The position numbers and the translations under genes are program-made. The notes below the pieces were generated by a model. That model worked only from the letters and a program-made list of their open reading frames with translations. It did no database searches and was not told where the DNA came from. Below, in pieces: positions 60,952 to 64,000 of a DNA stretch of 64,000 nucleotides. How positions within the stretch are numbered: the first letter of the stretch is position 1; each line of letters starts with the position of its first letter. This DNA comes from an uncultured Hyphomicrobiaceae bacterium (lineage in GTDB: Bacteria; Pseudomonadota; Alphaproteobacteria; Rhizobiales; CAMYJA01), in contig CAMYJA010000001.1 of assembly GCA_947258705.1 (NCBI GenBank), forward strand, positions 31,128 through 95,127. The letters are read 5' to 3'.

Positions 60952-62232
60952 ATGAATGTACTTATTATCGGCTCTGGCGGTCGCGAACATTCACTCGCAT
61001 GGGCCATCGCAAAGAGTCCGGTAATAAGCCATCTCTATTGCTCACCCGGCAATGGCGGGATTGAGAAAGTAGCAGATTGCATAGATTTGAATTTCCAGGA
61101 CCACAAAGAAATAATTCGGTTTTGCCAATCGACAAACATCACATTCGTTATCATCGGCCCCGAAGATCCGCTTGTTAACGGCCTTGCCGATGATTTGAGA
61201 CAGGCGGGCATCAAGGTATTCGGACCGTCAAAAGCCGCAAGCGCGCTTGAAGGTTCAAAGGGTTTTACAAAGGACCTTTGCCGAAAATACGATATTCCCA
61301 CAGCCAACTATGCACGCTTCGATAATCCGGGTCATGCCCGAAGCTATGTCGAGCGCCATCCCTTGCCTATCGTGATCAAGGCTGATGGTCTGGCCGCCGG
61401 CAAGGGTGTGACCATCGCCATGAGTCGCGACGAAGCCAATGAAGCCATAGACGATTGCTTTGGCGGTCGCTTCGGTCAGGCCGGTGCCGAAGTTGTAATC
61501 GAGGAATGCCTGGTGGGAGAGGAGGCAAGTTTTTTTGTCCTTACGGACGGAGAAACTATTCTGCCACTCGCCACCGCACAGGACCACAAGCGCGCATTTG
61601 ACGGCGATAAAGGACCGAACACCGGCGGCATGGGTGCCTATTCACCTGCTCCGGTCATGACCGGAGCAATGTGCCGCAGAACATTGGACGAGATAGTAAA
61701 GCCCACAATAGAGGCGATGAACGAACTGGGAATACCGTTCCAGGGCGTTCTATATGCCGGACTTATGATCACCGAAGAAGGCCCTAAACTGATCGAGTAT
61801 AATGTCCGCTTTGGCGATCCCGAATGTCAGGTGCTCATGCTCCGTCTCAAGAGCGATATTCTCCCGGCACTGATCGCGACCAATGACAAAACGCTCGATC
61901 ATATCGAACTCGAATGGCGCCAGCAAACGGCGCTGACGGTTGTCATGGCCGCGCGGGGATACCCTGGCGCCTACGAAAAAGGCTCCCTGATTACCGGTCT
62001 TGAAGGACTTGAACGGCCGGAAGTACAGGTTTTCCACGCGGGCACCCTGCGCGATGATGAGGGTATCAAAGCCAATGGCGGCCGGGTTCTCAATATAACG
62101 GCCCTGGGTGACACGGTAAGGGAAGCGCGAGACTTGGCCTATGATACGATCGAACAGATCAATTGGCCCGAAGGTTTTAATCGAAACGATATCGGCTGGC
62201 GGGCAATCAAGGGCGAAGAAAATGCGGCCTGA
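60952..62232 (+). CDS. purD: Phosphoribosylamine--glycine ligase
   Basis: 'MNVLIIGSGGREHSLAWA', 'PGNGG', ATP-grasp 'VIKADGLAAGKGV' and 'EYNVRFGDPE'. The ATG at 60952 follows AAGGAAGG. The maximal ORF starts at 60892. Confidence 0.95.
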   Translation: MNVLIIGSGGREHSLAWAIAKSPVISHLYCSPGNGGIEKVADCIDLNFQDHKEIIRFCQSTNITFVIIGPEDPLVNGLADDLRQAGIKVFGPSKAASALEGSKGFTKDLCRKYDIPTANYARFDNPGHARSYVERHPLPIVIKADGLAAGKGVTIAMSRDEANEAIDDCFGGRFGQAGAEVVIEECLVGEEASFFVLTDGETILPLATAQDHKRAFDGDKGPNTGGMGAYSPAPVMTGAMCRRTLDEIVKPTIEAMNELGIPFQGVLYAGLMITEEGPKLIEYNVRFGDPECQVLMLRLKSDILPALIATNDKTLDHIELEWRQQTALTVVMAARGYPGAYEKGSLITGLEGLERPEVQVFHAGTLRDDEGIKANGGRVLNITALGDTVREARDLAYDTIEQINWPEGFNRNDIGWRAIKGEENAA

Positions 62233-62363
62233 TCCAAAAGAGCTGCCTGTGAAAAACCATGTGTGAAACAGCCTGAGCGTCACATACAGCTAAGGATTGA
62301 CACCTGGAAAATCGGCCCCATCTTAGATATCAGCATTTCCTGTTTACGCCTTGACAAAAATGT

Positions 62364-63305
62364 TTGAAACGCTTTCTCCGATATAGGGACAGCGCGAAGA
62401 ACAAGCCAAAGAGACCTCAAATGCCTTCGAAAACAGCTCTCATGGTGAAACCGTCCTCTTTGCCAGCCAAAGGTAAAAGGTTCACGCTTGCCCTGGGTGG
62501 CGGGGCCGCGCGGGGCATTTCCCATATTGCGATTGTCGAGGCTCTCGACGAACTTGGCGTCAAGCCCGATTTGATCGTGGGCACCTCAATGGGATCCATC
62601 ATTGGTGCATGTTACGCAGCCGGGATGCGCGGCACCGAAATCCGTGAACACACAATCGAGCTCTATCGCAGCCCCACCGGCCTTTTAAAACGAATGATAA
62701 GTCAATGGCCTGGCGCCATCAGCGATATTTGGAACCCCTTTACATCATCCCTGTTCGATCCGGTCACCCTTTTTGAAATGGCGGCCCCCGATGCGATAAA
62801 AAAGAGGATCGAGGATCTCAAGATCCCGTTCAAGGCAATAACGACCGACTTTTACATCCATAATCAACGCATAATCGACAAAGGTCCGGTTATACCTGCC
62901 ATCGCAGCCTCTTCCTCGCTTCCGACCCTTTTCATGCCGGTAGAGATTGACGGCGCGGTATTGGTCGATGGCGGTTTCGTCAACCCCACCCCTTTCGATG
63001 TCGCCAAGCTTCCCGGAGCAATTACGATAGCGGTCGATGTGACCGGCGGGACGGGAGCGCGCAAGGGCGATGAATATCCCTCATCGATTGAAACCTGGAT
63101 CGGCTCGACACAGATCATGCTCCATTCGATAACCAGGGCAAAATTAAAATATGAAGCCCCCGATATTCTGATCAGACCCGATGTCGAACTGTTCGGCGCT
63201 CTCGAATTTCACAAGGTCAATGAAATACTGAAAGCAAGCGAACCCGCAAAAGAGAGGTTGAAACAGGCACTCGCAAATAAAATTGACCTCAGCGCTTCGA
63301 TTTAA
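62364..63305 (+). CDS. Patatin-like phospholipase
   Basis: Oxyanion 'LGGGAARG', nucleophile elbow 'GTSMGS' (GxSxG) and catalytic Asp 'LVDGG'. The start is uncertain (TTG at 62364, or an internal Met at MPSK.../MVKP...). Confidence 0.85.
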   Translation: MKRFLRYRDSAKNKPKRPQMPSKTALMVKPSSLPAKGKRFTLALGGGAARGISHIAIVEALDELGVKPDLIVGTSMGSIIGACYAAGMRGTEIREHTIELYRSPTGLLKRMISQWPGAISDIWNPFTSSLFDPVTLFEMAAPDAIKKRIEDLKIPFKAITTDFYIHNQRIIDKGPVIPAIAASSSLPTLFMPVEIDGAVLVDGGFVNPTPFDVAKLPGAITIAVDVTGGTGARKGDEYPSSIETWIGSTQIMLHSITRAKLKYEAPDILIRPDVELFGALEFHKVNEILKASEPAKERLKQALANKIDLSASI

Positions 63306-63720
63306 AAAAATCCTTTAAAAGCGCGGACGAGCGCGTTTCGTCAATCCCCGAATAAACCTCCGGCTTATGATGGCAACTTGGTTGATCAAAAAAGAAAACG
63401 CCGCTTTCGACGCCGCCACCCTTGGGATCCAGAGCGCCAAAATAAAGCCGCCTTATGCGCGCGAAGGAAATCGCCGCAGCACACATGGTGCAAGGTTCAA
63501 GCGTCACATAAAGATCGCAACCCGATAACCGTTCCGATTCCAGCCTTTGACAGGCCTGTCGAATGGCTATGAGTTCCGCATGTGCGGTTGGGTCGTTCCT
63601 TGCGATTGTTTCATTGCCGGCTGCGGCGATCACCCTGCCTTCACCGTCAACGATGACAGCACCAACCGGAACTTCAAGACGTTGGGCCGCGCGTACAGCT
63701 TCGGCGAGCGCAAGTTCCAT
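63289..63720 (-). CDS. tadA: tRNA-specific adenosine deaminase
   Basis: 'PVGAVIV', zinc motifs 'HAELIAI' and 'TLEPCTMCAAAI'. Start is set at the ATG at 63720. The 3' end overlaps the convergent patatin gene by 17 nt. Confidence 0.9.
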   Translation of the reverse strand: MELALAEAVRAAQRLEVPVGAVIVDGEGRVIAAAGNETIARNDPTAHAELIAIRQACQRLESERLSGCDLYVTLEPCTMCAAAISFARIRRLYFGALDPKGGGVESGVFFFDQPSCHHKPEVYSGIDETRSSALLKDFFKSKR

Positions 63721-63796
63721 ATAGCTCTCTTGTCGAACTAATGCCATAAACCTAACTGGACCCAATCATAGCCACACCTGAATTCAATACCCCGTC

Positions 63797-64000
63797 ATGC
63801 CACAAAACCAAAAAAATGATCAGCGTAAGACGCCTGCTGCCGCTAAAAAGAAGCCGGGGCGGAAATCGCATTTCGGCGTAAATGTTTCACGTAAAACGTC
63901 ACAAAAAAAAGATCCTCTCCAAATTTCAGATACCATGCGGATCGCAAAAGCCATAGCACGCGCGGGCATGTGTTCAAGGCGCGAGGCCGAGGCCTGGATC
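63797..64000 (+). CDS. Pseudouridine synthase (RluB/RsuA family), N-terminal part; runs off the right window edge
   Basis: ATG at 63797, open to the window end. Lys-rich leader followed by the S4-domain start 'MRIAKAIARAGMCSRREAEAWI'. Confidence 0.72.
   Translation, partial: MPQNQKNDQRKTPAAAKKKPGRKSHFGVNVSRKTSQKKDPLQISDTMRIAKAIARAGMCSRREAEAWI

Noticed and set aside
63289-63305. 17-nt 3'-end overlap of the convergent patatin and tadA genes
   Set aside because: Short convergent overlaps are common in compact bacterial genomes, and both reading frames are independently supported by motifs. There is no evidence of a special mechanism.

Overview
The window looks like a conserved core-chromosome segment of an alphaproteobacterium of Rhizobiales/Hyphomicrobiales type, judged from gene content and synteny only, since no database search was possible. 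I support 64 protein-coding genes (two truncated by the window edges), one tandem glycine riboswitch and one weak promoter call. I found no rRNA, tRNA, CRISPR array, IS/transposase, integrase or phage-like gene. The recognisable blocks, in order, are:
- ETF-QO, UDG and moaB.
- A two-transferase pair (GT2 plus DUF2064).
- rnhB, ccrM, mutY, DUF721, two DsbA paralogs and smc.
- The F0 ATP synthase operon (atpI-B-E-F2-F).
- A riboswitch-controlled glycine cleavage operon (gcvT-H-PA-PB).
- ispH-thrB-rnhA.
- A peroxiredoxin and a DsbD-N-like protein.
- A large 7TM-PAS-GGDEF-EAL sensor.
- GNAT, M16 peptidase and thrC.
- The aa3 cytochrome oxidase cluster (SURF1, DUF983, ctaE, ctaG, a small CoxF-like ORF, ctaB, ctaD, ctaC).
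- ialB and two tandem PAN/Apple paralogs.
- A MATE exporter, dodecin, DUF937, gshA, rsmE and ubiA.
- An IMPase-family gene and DUF4170.
- The lipid A/Kdo block (MsbA-like ABC exporter, CX5R phosphatase, DUF374-KdtA fusion, lpxK).
- DUF2093, xseA, purD, patatin, tadA and the start of rluB.

I see no convincing defence island, toxin-antitoxin pair or mobile element. The least explained locus is the pair of secreted PAN/Apple-domain paralogs at 43122..44976. Each carries 2-3 copies of a strictly periodic four-cysteine repeat that I cannot assign to a known family. Lesser curiosities are:
- An in-frame DUF374-KdtA fusion.
- An orphan GT2/DUF2064 transferase pair.
- A 14/16 parS-like site.
- A degenerate GGDQF motif in the c-di-GMP protein.
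- A small unlisted CoxF-like ORF.

All functional calls rest on motifs read from the translations and on remembered family signatures.
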